Below are positions 8,816-19,119 of a stretch of 64,000 nt of DNA, in pieces. Every line of letters starts with the position of its first letter. The first letter of the stretch is position 1. The notes under the pieces are model-generated. The model was given only the letters and a program-made list of their open reading frames with translations, ran no database searches and was not told where the DNA came from. This DNA comes from an uncultured virus (IMG/VR IMGVR_UViG_3300015607_005478). Taxonomy: Duplodnaviria > Heunggongvirae > Uroviricota > Caudoviricetes. The stretch lies in the IMG/VR virus record IMGVR_UViG_3300015607_005478, one strand, 5' to 3'. The translations under genes were made by a program, and so were the position numbers.

Positions 8816-10626
8816 TGATCCTGCCTTCGGGGCTTTGCATGCCCGTTGTTCTCGAACGTGAGGGGCCCGCCTTCATCAACCGGCCACTCGGAGAGGTGTC
8901 GACGCAGCTTCTTACACATGCCGATGAACGGCCCGATGTTGTCCTCGAAGAAGACAGCAATCGGTTCTTGCTTCCCACCCTTTTTGCGAAGGATGCGCCC
9001 GAGAAGCTGCTGCAGGGCGTTCTTGCTGGAGAGCGGCTCATTCACCATCACGGTGTCGAGGCTTCGCTCGTTGAGACCTTCGCGTCCGTATTTTGCGACA
9101 GCAAAGGTGACACGCTTCTCTCGAAGCATCCGCGCACGCTCAGCCGACTTGACCTTGTAGATCATGAGCCCGGCGTCGCTCGGCTGTGCGAGAAGCGCAG
9201 TGAGGTAATCACGCCGCTGTTTGTTCCAGAGCTTCTCGCACTTCTTGTACACGCGATGCGCTTCAAGCGCGTGCTCGATGGTCGATTTCTTCTGGAGCTC
9301 GTGCTGTGCTTTCGTTGCATCGCCCGCCACCTGGAATTGAGTGGCGCGCACAATGCACTGGTGTAGATCCTTCCAGAGTTTCTTCTCTTGCATCTTGTCG
9401 AGGAAGACCGGCGGAACGGTTTCGCCGACGTCTTGCGCCGAGGGGAAGGGGATGTCGGTGATGAACTGGCTTTGTTTGTTCCAGGCCGCGACGAGATTCA
9501 CGAGAGCATCGACGCTCTTTGAGAGAAAGAGCACCTTGCGGTTGCTGTCGAGCGCCATACGAACGTGCTTCAGTACGAAGTCGACGCGTTCTTTCCATCC
9601 ACCGAGGTAGGCCGCGATCTTACCGATGTGCAGCTCGCCGTTCTTATCCCGCGCTGCAGCCTGAACGTTCGGGTCGTTTTCGTCCAGCCCAAGACCCGTC
9701 CACTGGAAGATGATGCGTGGACGGAGCTCTTGGGTGAGATTCTTGTAGATGACGGGGCCGAGATGGAAGTTGTAGATGACGTGATAGCCGTCATCACGAT
9801 CAGGTGTTGCGGTCAGGCCTAGACGCACGCCGTAAAAAAGATCGGCGCTGCGCGAGAACGTTGGCGCAGCCACGTGATGCGCCTCGTCCCAGACAGCAGT
9901 ACCGAACCAACGACGGACCTCCTCGGGCATCGTCGGGGCCCAGTCCGCCAAAGAGTGATACGTCGCCAGCACAACGGACTTCTTCCAATCGCGCTTCTTG
10001 CCTTGAATGAGTCCGACGCCTCCAGGGATCTCGAGATGCGTCTCGATCTCTTCTTTCCATTGGCGCATCAACTCGGACGTGTCGAGGATGATGATGGCGG
10101 GGACGCCGCGGCGCGCGATGTAATCGAGCGCCACGACCGTTTTACCGAGACCACACGCGAGCTGCAGAACTCCGCCACGGGACTTCAAGAGGAGGTCCAT
10201 TGCATCGCGCTGAACTGTTTTGCCCGTCGGTTGTAGCCTGCCGTCCTCGAACGCGTGGTCGAGCATCACCTTGCTGCGGATATCCACCTTCGGAAAAGAA
10301 GATGGCCGCAGGTCGATGACGGGGAAGGAGAAGTCTTTCGGATCCCAGAACTCGCGTGGGACCAGGAGATGGTGCTCCGTTTCTTTCCACAACGTGAGCA
10401 GCATCACCTTCTGTTGATCGAAGAACTGAAAGGTGAGGGCGCGTTTCACGCCCTCCACCTGACAAGCCGACTTCGGTACCCAAAGCAGCGCATCCATGTA
10501 GCCGGTGTCTGGCCGGCGCACGATTAGGTCCATGCTGTCTCGCTTCGTCTCCTCGGGTTTGAGGATGGCGCACCGACTAACCCAGAGGCGCGTGTACTGG
10601 TGCTTCTTGAGATTTAGCTGGCTCAC
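8782..10626 (-). CDS. SF2 DEAH helicase (UvsW/XPB-like)
   Basis: LACGLGKT, DEAHH, GLTATP, QLLGRILR. Confidence 0.9.
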   Translation of the reverse strand: MSQLNLKKHQYTRLWVSRCAILKPEETKRDSMDLIVRRPDTGYMDALLWVPKSACQVEGVKRALTFQFFDQQKVMLLTLWKETEHHLLVPREFWDPKDFSFPVIDLRPSSFPKVDIRSKVMLDHAFEDGRLQPTGKTVQRDAMDLLLKSRGGVLQLACGLGKTVVALDYIARRGVPAIIILDTSELMRQWKEEIETHLEIPGGVGLIQGKKRDWKKSVVLATYHSLADWAPTMPEEVRRWFGTAVWDEAHHVAAPTFSRSADLFYGVRLGLTATPDRDDGYHVIYNFHLGPVIYKNLTQELRPRIIFQWTGLGLDENDPNVQAAARDKNGELHIGKIAAYLGGWKERVDFVLKHVRMALDSNRKVLFLSKSVDALVNLVAAWNKQSQFITDIPFPSAQDVGETVPPVFLDKMQEKKLWKDLHQCIVRATQFQVAGDATKAQHELQKKSTIEHALEAHRVYKKCEKLWNKQRRDYLTALLAQPSDAGLMIYKVKSAERARMLREKRVTFAVAKYGREGLNERSLDTVMVNEPLSSKNALQQLLGRILRKKGGKQEPIAVFFEDNIGPFIGMCKKLRRHLSEWPVDEGGPLTFENNGHAKPRRQDQWKTETIRVSR

Positions 10627-11222
10627 TTCAACGCACGCGTATCAAAGAAGTGCGCGATGGCGTGACCCGCGCCCTTCCCCATAGCCCGCAGCACCTCACG
10701 CAGCAACAGCTTCCAGATCGACTCGCCCGGCTGCAGGGTTTCGGGTGTGGAGAGGAATGGAGGACTCGTGTAATTCAGCTGCCACGTTTGTGCTGGATGC
10801 ACAGTGCCTGGCGCGAAGTGCACTTGTTGCTGCGGTTGTGCTGGCGCTGACGGCTGCGGCATTGTCGCGGTCGGTACGCCCGGATGAACTACCGGCGCTC
10901 CCCCGGGTCGCTGGCCTTGAATCCACTGCCCAAACGTTGTTGGTTGGGGCATCGCCGGCGTCACAGGCGGCGTTGTATTGGTCGGCGCATTCGGTGTTCG
11001 GAAAAGATTTTGTACAGGGATGAGCGTCCCGCTCGCATTCTTCGAGGCGTTCGTACGTGCGCCACAGGACAAGTACCAATCACAGGCATCCAAAACATGA
11101 GACCCCGTTCGAGGGTTGCGTCGAGTCGGATGGGGACCGCCAGCACATTCCGGCTCTTTGCTGTCCCAATCCGTGCCGAAACAAGACGGTGGCTTGGGGG
11201 GCGTCGACGTCACAACGTTCAT
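10623..11222 (-). CDS. Pro-rich protein with N-terminal Cys motif
   Basis: GGAGG SD before ATG 11222; PSCFG...ECAGG...CDWYLSC. Confidence 0.6.
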   Translation of the reverse strand: MNVVTSTPPKPPSCFGTDWDSKEPECAGGPHPTRRNPRTGSHVLDACDWYLSCGARTNASKNASGTLIPVQNLFRTPNAPTNTTPPVTPAMPQPTTFGQWIQGQRPGGAPVVHPGVPTATMPQPSAPAQPQQQVHFAPGTVHPAQTWQLNYTSPPFLSTPETLQPGESIWKLLLREVLRAMGKGAGHAIAHFFDTRALK

Positions 11223-11334
11223 GTCATCCTCCGAGGGAGTTACGTGGGTCTCCCTCGCTTTCCTTATGCCGGGTGAGGCCCTCTTGTTGCGGTACGGCTT
11301 ACGCATTGAGACCGCGCCGGTGTATGCTGGCGCT

Positions 11335-12894
11335 ATGCAGACGAGCGGCCTGACGCTGGACGTGTACGACGATTTCGACGGCGCAACTCTTCGCGCGCTC
11401 TACCCGTCCCTCGGTGACATTCCGGACGGCGTGAAGCAGGCACATCGCATCGCACCGAGCGAGCGCGACGGCCTCCCCGACGACGTTTTCGCACTCGTCA
11501 TGCTCAACAATGGTGAGAAGCTTCGGAAGTACGCTTGCATCGATGAGGGCAATACGGTTCTCTCGGTTCAGTACTTCTTGAAGAACGCGCACAAGCTTCC
11601 GCAGGAGGCCCAGAAGACCGCTGCTGAGAATCTCATCGTTGCATCTTCTTGGTACGACCTCGAGGTTCCGGAGGATCTCCGCAAGCTCGCTTTCGGTCTG
11701 GGCACCGCGATGTCGGCCATGTCCGCGCTGCCCGTCATCAAGGGCACGCATCAGGCCATCAAAGACAACATGGCAGCCACAAAGCACCTCGAGGCGCAGG
11801 GAGCCGGTGTTGTAACGCCCAGCATGCGGAACGCAGTCCTCGGCAAGATGGCTGGCTCGCCGGCGTCGGCTCTCCTTTTGGCGCTCGAGGAGATGAAGCT
11901 CGCCGAGCTTACGGGTACACCCGCAATGCCGAGTCAGCCGATGGGCGATCCGAAAGTGGCTCCGACGAAGGCCGTCATCGCGAAGACGGCTTCGGGCGGT
12001 ATGGGTCATCTCGTTCCTGGCCACAAGGGCGAGCACGGCAGCTTTGGGCCTATCGAGACCGAGGCGTACAACGGATATACGAAGGGCAAGGCGCCTGAGC
12101 GTTTGCCGCAAGCGGGTAATCTTCGCCCGACCGTCGATGTGTCCGCGCGTGAGGCGTCGAAGAGCGTTGGCGAGAAGATGGCGTCCAACTTCGCGGTGCC
12201 ATCCCAGAACAAGTATCCGCTCGACAGCTACGATCAGGTGAAGCGCGCGAGCGCGTACTTCGACGAGTACCGTGGGCACATGTCGCCTCCGATGCGTCGT
12301 GAGTTCGCGTCGAACCTCGTAATGCGCGCAGACGCACTCACCATCCCCGTGAGTGAGGAGGCTCGCAAGTACGGGTCCGCGGGCTTCGCACCGGAGCACG
12401 AGATCAAGGCGGCGTTCGACGCTCGGCGAATCGAGCTCGGCGAACAGGAAGAGGCGCTCGCGCTCCTCGCGCAGGTCGAGAAGGTCGCGCGCTTCCGTAT
12501 GTGGAAAGACGAAAACGGTGAGAAGCTGGCGCAGGTGGAGTCACCGGACTTCGTCGTCGAGCTCCTCGCGGAGTTCGACAAGGTCGCGGGCCTCAATCAT
12601 CGCTACGACCGCGGTGTCCCCGATCCGTTCTACTCCATCTTCGGCTTCGAAAAGCGCGCCGAGGATGACGCTCGTTGGAGCGACCTCATCGGCAACGCGT
12701 ACGTCACCGCCTCGGACTTGAAACGCCTAGCGAAGGTTGGAGCGCAGACGCTCAAGCACACGTTCGGCGAAGACTTCCAGAAGGAGTTCATCAAGGACCC
12801 GATCGCCATTTACAGCAGCCTCCCGATCGATCAGAAGAAGATGCTGATCAACATGGCGGTGGGCACTCAGCCCGGTAACGAAGTCGTCTACTAA
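11335..12894 (+). CDS. Probable virion/head protein with K-x-A motifs
   Basis: Leaderless start after TATGCT; first gene of portal operon; many KxA motifs. Confidence 0.65.
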   Translation: MQTSGLTLDVYDDFDGATLRALYPSLGDIPDGVKQAHRIAPSERDGLPDDVFALVMLNNGEKLRKYACIDEGNTVLSVQYFLKNAHKLPQEAQKTAAENLIVASSWYDLEVPEDLRKLAFGLGTAMSAMSALPVIKGTHQAIKDNMAATKHLEAQGAGVVTPSMRNAVLGKMAGSPASALLLALEEMKLAELTGTPAMPSQPMGDPKVAPTKAVIAKTASGGMGHLVPGHKGEHGSFGPIETEAYNGYTKGKAPERLPQAGNLRPTVDVSAREASKSVGEKMASNFAVPSQNKYPLDSYDQVKRASAYFDEYRGHMSPPMRREFASNLVMRADALTIPVSEEARKYGSAGFAPEHEIKAAFDARRIELGEQEEALALLAQVEKVARFRMWKDENGEKLAQVESPDFVVELLAEFDKVAGLNHRYDRGVPDPFYSIFGFEKRAEDDARWSDLIGNAYVTASDLKRLAKVGAQTLKHTFGEDFQKEFIKDPIAIYSSLPIDQKKMLINMAVGTQPGNEVVY

Positions 12895-12904
12895 GGAATC
12901 GACC

Positions 12905-13639
12905 ATGCCGGATTATGAGAGCGCGTTTCTCGACGCGCTCGAGAGCATCGGTGCAGAGCGCCAGCCTCCTCCTGCAGGAGAGAAAGAGGTTGTTGCCGAG
13001 GCGCCTCCTGCTGCGGTGACTGCCAAGAACATCTGGCATCACCCGGACGCGCACCCCATCGCTCTCGACATGTTCATGCTCCGTCAGTATGGCCCTGAAT
13101 GGCTATGCTGGGAGCCCGAGACGCTCCAGCATGTTGTGCCGGAGGATTTCAAGACCTCGGCGCTCAGCGATATGAACTTGGCGAAGCTGCAGGCGTGTAA
13201 GACGCTCCATCTCGTCGACTCGTTCTGGGAGCGCTGGGAGGTCTTCGTCGTTTGTCTGATGCCCTTCAACGGCGTCTTTCCGGACTTCCAGGTGATGCAG
13301 GTCCCAACCGTCGCGCAGTGCTTGGTTGCATGCGATGTAGCGACGCGCATCCGGAAGGACGTTGCCTGGTCGGAAGAGCTGAAGAAGTACGTCGGCGCGG
13401 TCTATCACCACGATGGCATCTTCTTGCCTATTCCTCCTGCGGACTTCGCGGAGTTCGAGATGCCTGAAACCATCGATGCTAAAGCGCTGGCGGAGCGCTG
13501 GCCCGCAGTGCGTGCTTCAGGGGTTGCACCGAAAGGCGATACGGTTCTTGATGAACAGCTGCGGCGCCTCCTCATCGTGAATGGGTTCCTCGAGGAGAGT
13601 CGCCTTCGGCTACAACAACAGCTGCGCCTCAATGCCTGA
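12905..13639 (+). CDS. Hypothetical protein
   Basis: AAGGA SD; operon context. Confidence 0.7.
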   Translation: MPDYESAFLDALESIGAERQPPPAGEKEVVAEAPPAAVTAKNIWHHPDAHPIALDMFMLRQYGPEWLCWEPETLQHVVPEDFKTSALSDMNLAKLQACKTLHLVDSFWERWEVFVVCLMPFNGVFPDFQVMQVPTVAQCLVACDVATRIRKDVAWSEELKKYVGAVYHHDGIFLPIPPADFAEFEMPETIDAKALAERWPAVRASGVAPKGDTVLDEQLRRLLIVNGFLEESRLRLQQQLRLNA

Positions 13640-14672
13640 ACTCACCGAGCATCTCCTGAATGGGTTCCGCGCCGGCCTCCGCAAGGAAGCCGGTTTCGCT
13701 GATCTGATGTCGCGCGCAGCGCCACGCCTTCGCTCGGCAGGTTCTCTCGCGGGTGTTGGCGCGCTCGCCGGCTCTCTAGCTGGTGGCGGCCTTGCCGGAA
13801 CAAAGGCTTATCGAGAGGCAAAGGAAGAGGGACATGGAACGGCAAGAGCCGCACTCCACGCTCTCGGAGGCGGTCTCGGAGGTGCGGTCAGCGGCGCCGC
13901 CGGCGGTGCGCTGCTTGGCGGTGCGGTTGGTGGAGCGAGCGGCCTCGGGAAGAATCTCACGGCGCGTACGGGCGCGATCGGCGCGGCCTCGCGTTTTGGC
14001 CAACGCCAGATACACGCACTTACCGGTGTACTCAATCCCGCCGAGCTCGAGTCCATCGGCGGCGGCGCCGCAACAGCGCGTTCTGCATACAAGGCGCTCG
14101 AAGACAAAGCCTTTCAGCATGCAACGACGCCCGGCGGTGCCTTCTCTGATTATGCCGGCAAGCTGCAGAAAGCTCAGCGTGGTCTCGACGCGTCCGTTCG
14201 TGCGCAAGACATGGGGCTCACCAGCATCCCTGGCTATCTGCGCTCGATGAAGGAGCACGGGCTGGCGCCGACGCTGGGCGCGAGTATCAAAGACCAGTGG
14301 CACAGCATGACACCGGGAAATGCTGCTCTGATGGTCGGTCTTCCGGCGGCGTTGGCGGCGGGGACGCTGATCAAGAAAGAGCACCCGACGGGTCCCGGTA
14401 AAGGGGAGGAGCTCGGGAGGAACATCGGCGGTCTTGTTGGCGGCATCGCCGGCGGCGCGATGCCTATCGTCGGCAACGCCGTGGTCGGCAGCCTCGCCTC
14501 GAGCGCCGGCGGACAGATTGGCAAGGGCATCGATTGGATGCGCGGCCGTCGCAAGCCGCTTCCGATGATCGGCGGTAAGCCGGACCTCGAGCCCGCCGAA
14601 GGCCAACACATTCCGAGTGAGCGAGTTATGAGCCCGGCCGCTGCAGGCCAGATGCCGGAGGTCAACGTCTAA
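13632..14672 (+). CDS. Glycine-zipper virion protein
   Basis: Repeated GxxxG runs; N-terminal segment ending RKEAG. Confidence 0.65.
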   Translation: MPELTEHLLNGFRAGLRKEAGFADLMSRAAPRLRSAGSLAGVGALAGSLAGGGLAGTKAYREAKEEGHGTARAALHALGGGLGGAVSGAAGGALLGGAVGGASGLGKNLTARTGAIGAASRFGQRQIHALTGVLNPAELESIGGGAATARSAYKALEDKAFQHATTPGGAFSDYAGKLQKAQRGLDASVRAQDMGLTSIPGYLRSMKEHGLAPTLGASIKDQWHSMTPGNAALMVGLPAALAAGTLIKKEHPTGPGKGEELGRNIGGLVGGIAGGAMPIVGNAVVGSLASSAGGQIGKGIDWMRGRRKPLPMIGGKPDLEPAEGQHIPSERVMSPAAAGQMPEVNV

Positions 14673-16732
14673 TGAGCTTCGTTGGATTTGGGGCAGGCGG
14701 CGCGACAGGTCCGGCCTCGGGCCTTCGCTTTGCGCAGACGCGCGGGCGTATTCAGGGTGGCGCCCCGATGCAGGGCGTCAACTATCCGTCGCCCTTCTTC
14801 GACGTTGCTCACACGTATCTGCCGGTCACGGTCAAGCAACTCTTCAAGTGGTGCCGCTACTACTTTCTCACGAACCCGCTCATCAACGCGACGGTATTCA
14901 AGCTGAGCGAGTATCCCATCACCGACGTCATCGTTGAGCACGAAGACTCGAAGGTGCAGCGTCGTTGGAGCGAGTATCTCCACGACCATCTGCGCATCAA
15001 CCCGTTCCGCGTAGAGGTTGGACTCGACTACAACTGCTACGGCAACAGCTGCGTGAGCCTCGGCTACCCGTTCAAGAAGTTCCTCTTCTGTCGCGGCTGC
15101 AAGTTTCGCGACGAGGCCGGGAAGATTCGCTCGCAGTGGGTCTTCACGAACTTCCAGTTCCGCATGACGTGCCCGCGCTGCGGGTTCATCGGTGACGCGG
15201 TCGCGCAGGACTTCTATTACAAGAACGCGAGCGGCATCAAAACGATCCGGTGGAACCCCGAAGACATCGAGATCACGTACAACGACATCACCGGAGACTA
15301 CACGTATTTCTACACTATCCCTGCCGTCGTCCGGAATGACATCGTCATCGGCCGCAAGGACGTCGTGGAGAGCATCCCGCAAGTCTTCATCCAGGCGATG
15401 CGCGAGTCGAAAGGCGTCATCTTCTCGAAGGACAACTTCTTCCACATGCGCCGGCCGACGTTGGCGACGCAGGATCGTGGCTGGGGTACGCCGCTCCTTC
15501 TCCCGGTGCTGAAGGACACGTTCTATTTGCAGGTGATGAAGAAGGCTCAGGAGGCCATTCTCCTCGAGCACATCGTACCTCTGCGTATCCTCTTCCCGCA
15601 GGCCGGGTCCGGCTCGAGCGACCCGTACACGACCATCAACCTCGTCGATTGGCGTGACCAGATCGCCGCCGAGATTGCGCGTTGGCGCTACGACAACAAC
15701 TACATCCCGATTCTGCCCCTCCCCGTCGGTAATCAGAGCATCGGTGGTGACGGCCGAGCGCTTCTCCTCACGCAGGAGATTCAAGCGTGGAGCGAGCAGA
15801 TCATGGTCGGCATGGGCGTGCCCCGTGAGTTCCTCATGGGTGGTATGAGCTACGCCGGCACAAACGTCTCGATGCGCATGCTCGAGAACATGTTCCTCGG
15901 TTACGTGAATCGGCAGAAGCAGCTCGTGCGCTTCCTCGTGAAGCAGGTAGCTGCGTTCCTCGGCTGGCCGGAGGTGAACATCCGGTTCAAGCCATTCAAG
16001 ATGGCGGACGACTTGCAGCGCAAGGCGTACCTCTTCCAGCTCAATCAGGCGAACAAGATCTCGGACACGACTCTTCTTGCTGAGAGCGACATGTCTCAGG
16101 AAGAGGAGAACGAGGTCATGATCCGCGAGACGGACAAGCGCCTCGAAGCCACGAAGAAACAGCAGGTCGCCATGGCCCAGATTCAGGGCGAGGCACAGCT
16201 CGTCATGATGAAATACCAGGCCAAGGGTCAGCAGGAGATGCAGGCCGCGATGATGGCGCCGGCGGCGCCGGGCGAACCCGGCGGGCCCGAGTCGCAGATC
16301 GCTGGCGGCGCTCCTGGCGGTGATCAGGCCGCGCCCGGTACGGCCGGTGGCGTACAGGACCCGATGGCGGCGGGAGCAGCACTCCCTCCCGCTGGCCCGC
16401 CGTCACCGGGATCTACGCCGCAGGACTTCCTCTCGCAGGTCTCAAGCACGCTCACGGGAAGTCAGCGGATGAACGGTGGCGCGAACGGAAACGCGAACGT
16501 CGACCTTCCTTCGTTCGCGATGGCGCAGGCGCGTGCAATCGCGCAGATGACGCCGCAACAACAACAACTGGCCCTGCAGAATCTTCAGCTGCAAAGCCCC
16601 GAGCTCGCGCAGATGGTGAAGACGATGCTGTCGTCGATGCAGGGCGATCAGCCGCAACAGCAAAGTGCAGGCGTCGATATGCGTCCGCTCCCCGAGAAGC
16701 TGCCGCCGCGTCGTGCTATGCCTCTCATCTGA
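14672..16732 (+). CDS. Portal protein with Zn-ribbon insert and low-complexity tail
   Basis: Portal-like segments (YNCYGN, GWGTPLLLP, IMVGMGVPREFL..SY); size and context. Confidence 0.7.
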   Translation: MSFVGFGAGGATGPASGLRFAQTRGRIQGGAPMQGVNYPSPFFDVAHTYLPVTVKQLFKWCRYYFLTNPLINATVFKLSEYPITDVIVEHEDSKVQRRWSEYLHDHLRINPFRVEVGLDYNCYGNSCVSLGYPFKKFLFCRGCKFRDEAGKIRSQWVFTNFQFRMTCPRCGFIGDAVAQDFYYKNASGIKTIRWNPEDIEITYNDITGDYTYFYTIPAVVRNDIVIGRKDVVESIPQVFIQAMRESKGVIFSKDNFFHMRRPTLATQDRGWGTPLLLPVLKDTFYLQVMKKAQEAILLEHIVPLRILFPQAGSGSSDPYTTINLVDWRDQIAAEIARWRYDNNYIPILPLPVGNQSIGGDGRALLLTQEIQAWSEQIMVGMGVPREFLMGGMSYAGTNVSMRMLENMFLGYVNRQKQLVRFLVKQVAAFLGWPEVNIRFKPFKMADDLQRKAYLFQLNQANKISDTTLLAESDMSQEEENEVMIRETDKRLEATKKQQVAMAQIQGEAQLVMMKYQAKGQQEMQAAMMAPAAPGEPGGPESQIAGGAPGGDQAAPGTAGGVQDPMAAGAALPPAGPPSPGSTPQDFLSQVSSTLTGSQRMNGGANGNANVDLPSFAMAQARAIAQMTPQQQQLALQNLQLQSPELAQMVKTMLSSMQGDQPQQQSAGVDMRPLPEKLPPRRAMPLI

Positions 16733-16733
16733 C

Positions 16734-17241
16734 TTCTTAGCCTCGAAGCGGCAACGAAGCCGCAGAAGGCAGGACATCATGGAACGAGCGTTCAAGAAGG
16801 GCTGTCACGTTATCTACTTCGACGAGTACCGTCGCCCGCACGATGCCATCGTCACCAACTGGTTCCACGGCGGACCGGATGGTCAGACGGAGGCAGAGGC
16901 GCAGCGGATTCACGATGAGCGTCAAGCGACCAACTCTCCGGAGCGTCGCTCGTCGTTCTATCGTCCCTCCTGCAACCTCGTGTACGTGACGACGGACAAA
17001 ACGAAGACCGATCCGTACGGAGACCAGATCGAACGCAACACCTCGACGTCGTACGGCCGTCAGCAGGGTAGCACCCCTTTCCTGGGGCGCTGCTGGGCAT
17101 GGCCGGATGAAGCCGAGGAGGCGAAGGAGCTCGCGGCCAAGTCGTTCGATGAAGCCGTGGCGAAGTAGCTAGTCCCAGATAACCGAGTGGTACCGATGAG
17201 GCGCCGTCAGCTCGGTTTCGATGTCGCTTCGAGGCTAAGAA
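16734..17241. repeat. 29-bp imperfect inverted repeat pair (16734-16762 / 17213-17241)
   Basis: TTCTTAGCCTCGAAGCGGCAACGAAGCCG vs reverse complement TTCTTAGCCTCGAAGCGACATCGAAACCG; 26/29 identical. Confidence 0.85.
16779..17168 (+). CDS. Hypothetical protein inside the inverted repeats
   Basis: AGGA SD before ATG 16779. Confidence 0.7.
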   Translation: MERAFKKGCHVIYFDEYRRPHDAIVTNWFHGGPDGQTEAEAQRIHDERQATNSPERRSSFYRPSCNLVYVTTDKTKTDPYGDQIERNTSTSYGRQQGSTPFLGRCWAWPDEAEEAKELAAKSFDEAVAK

Positions 17242-17272
17242 AGGAAGGGGCGCCCGAATGGGCGCCCTTCTT
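17238..17272 (-). terminator. Intrinsic terminator, possibly bidirectional
   Basis: GGGCGCCC-GAAT-GGGCGCCC with pyrimidine tails on both strands. Confidence 0.75.
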
Positions 17273-17553
17273 CACATCCACGTCTTCGGCAGGGGAATCT
17301 CCGCGAGTATTGTTTGGGGATTCTGCGGCTCGATGAACAGCATTTCGAGTTCTGCTTTGAGGAGCTTCGCCTTACGCACGGTCAGCTCCGGCGGGAAGCT
17401 GAGCGTTGTTTCATCGTGAATGAAGTTCGAGCAGTAGATGCGATGGGACCGCAAGACATCGAGGATGCTCGACTGCTTGGCCGGAAATGTTGCCAGCAGC
17501 CAGCTAATCCGAGCCGTTAGAGCCAGGAGTTCTATCATCCCTTCCGCCTTCAA
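17272..17553 (-). CDS. Hypothetical protein
   Basis: Last ORF of the leftward operon; start uncertain. Confidence 0.5.
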   Translation of the reverse strand: MKAEGMIELLALTARISWLLATFPAKQSSILDVLRSHRIYCSNFIHDETTLSFPPELTVRKAKLLKAELEMLFIEPQNPQTILAEIPLPKTWM

Positions 17554-17743
17554 GAATCTCCACCTCCGCTACCGCAGTAGCTTCGAGTTGTCGCAGCCGT
17601 GCTAGATCTTCTTCACTTTGATAGGGGATGGATCGGAGATACGCGTAGCAGCGTCGGATGTTCTCCGGCGACTTGTTCTCGCGCTGCTCCAATCCATACC
17701 AATGCTTACCGCTCCAGCAGCCCATGGGCCACCACCACCTCAA
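17504..17743 (-). CDS. Hypothetical protein
   Basis: 4-nt overlap with VWA gene stop. Confidence 0.45.
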   Translation of the reverse strand: MRWWWPMGCWSGKHWYGLEQRENKSPENIRRCYAYLRSIPYQSEEDLARLRQLEATAVAEVEILEGGRDDRTPGSNGSD

Positions 17744-19119
17744 TCGTCCTCGTAGTAATCGTCATCGTCATCCGGGTATTTGATAGGCGCCGCTCGCTTC
17801 TTCGGGTCATCGCTGATCATGACTGTGTGTCCCCACTTCGCAGGCGCGCGATTCCAGTAGCTCGGAACGACACACCACACGACAGCCAAGTCGAGCGGTG
17901 CTTCTTTCGGCGCGGAACCGTCACCGTCGGTGACGTACACCAACAGGTCTGGTTGGGGGTGAAGACGTCGGGCCGACGCAATCGGGCCGACGAAGTCCGT
18001 ACCGCCTCGGCCGGTCACCTCCGTCAGCGTTCGAAAGAAGTCAGGGCCGACGCGCTTCCATTCGGTGACGGCTGTGTCTGCATCGGTGAACCAGACCTCA
18101 TCGATGCCGAGCGCCTGTAGAATGGCGTATGCCTCACGGCACGCCGCAACGAGTTGCGGCGCACCCATGGATCCAGAGCTGTCGCGGATGATGGCCACTT
18201 CGGGTAGCTGCTCGATCATGCCGGCACGAACAACGCCACGCATCATTGCGCGCTTGGCCGGACGCGCGAGCGAGAAGTCTTGTCCTCCTGCCTGAAGCCG
18301 CCCGGTCGTGTCTCGAAGAACTTGGCCAAGCTCGTCCTCCCAACGAACCCAGGAAGGTTCATCGATGGCATCGAGGAGCTCACGCAGACTCGCGGGAATG
18401 CTTCCACGACCGTTGCTTGCGGCATGTGCCTTCACCGCAGCAATGACCTTCTTCTCGATCACCTTCATCTCGACCTCGGTGCGGCCTAGGTCGGGTGTGT
18501 TGTCGAGTGCATTCTCGATTTCTGGATAGGCTGGCGCGCCTGATATGCCCCCGCACTTTCCCGAACCGACACCGGGAGGCGGATTGTTACCCGGCTGCCC
18601 CGCCGCTCCTTGCGTCGGCTTCTCGTTTGCGCCGCGGCCTCGTGTCTTCGGCTTTAGCCCTCCTCCACCTTGCTGCTGTTGCTGCTGGTTCAGCAGGTCG
18701 TAGTACTCCTCCATCGTTTTTCCGCGAGGGAGTTTGAAGTTCTCAGGCATGAGCGCGGACTGATCCAAGTCCCATCCGCCATCCACGATGTCGGGATTGA
18801 TGGCGCAGTCACCGCAGATGTTCATGAGTGCGAGGTCGAACATGACGCCGCGGAGGAAGTGCCGACGCGCGAAGTGATGAATCTCGTGATAGATGTCCGC
18901 GGCGAGTTTCGAGACCGGGGCCTCGAGTGCCCACTTAGGGCTGTACCCAAGGATCAACTTCCTCGTCACGAACATCGTTGCAATGGTGTCCACGGGCACG
19001 AACACCATTCCGTAGATCGCATCCGAGAAGAATGGCGCCTTGAAACGTACGGTCGCACGCGCGAGTCCCATCTTCTCCTCGGCTTCGGGGATCACCGTGC
19101 CGACGAAGGGATGGCTCAT
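17740..19119 (-). CDS. Metallopeptidase-like (HExxH) plus VWA-domain protein (DUF2201-like)
   Basis: YHEIHH; MIDAS DSSGSM, GGTDF, TDG. Confidence 0.85.
   Translation of the reverse strand: MSHPFVGTVIPEAEEKMGLARATVRFKAPFFSDAIYGMVFVPVDTIATMFVTRKLILGYSPKWALEAPVSKLAADIYHEIHHFARRHFLRGVMFDLALMNICGDCAINPDIVDGGWDLDQSALMPENFKLPRGKTMEEYYDLLNQQQQQQGGGGLKPKTRGRGANEKPTQGAAGQPGNNPPPGVGSGKCGGISGAPAYPEIENALDNTPDLGRTEVEMKVIEKKVIAAVKAHAASNGRGSIPASLRELLDAIDEPSWVRWEDELGQVLRDTTGRLQAGGQDFSLARPAKRAMMRGVVRAGMIEQLPEVAIIRDSSGSMGAPQLVAACREAYAILQALGIDEVWFTDADTAVTEWKRVGPDFFRTLTEVTGRGGTDFVGPIASARRLHPQPDLLVYVTDGDGSAPKEAPLDLAVVWCVVPSYWNRAPAKWGHTVMISDDPKKRAAPIKYPDDDDDYYEDD

Noticed and set aside
9180..9490. Intein in the helicase insertion
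   Set aside because: No C/S start with HN end and no endonuclease motifs; looks like a helical insert
17192..17220. Hammerhead ribozyme (CCGATGAG)
   Set aside because: Core mismatch and no GAAA after a stem II
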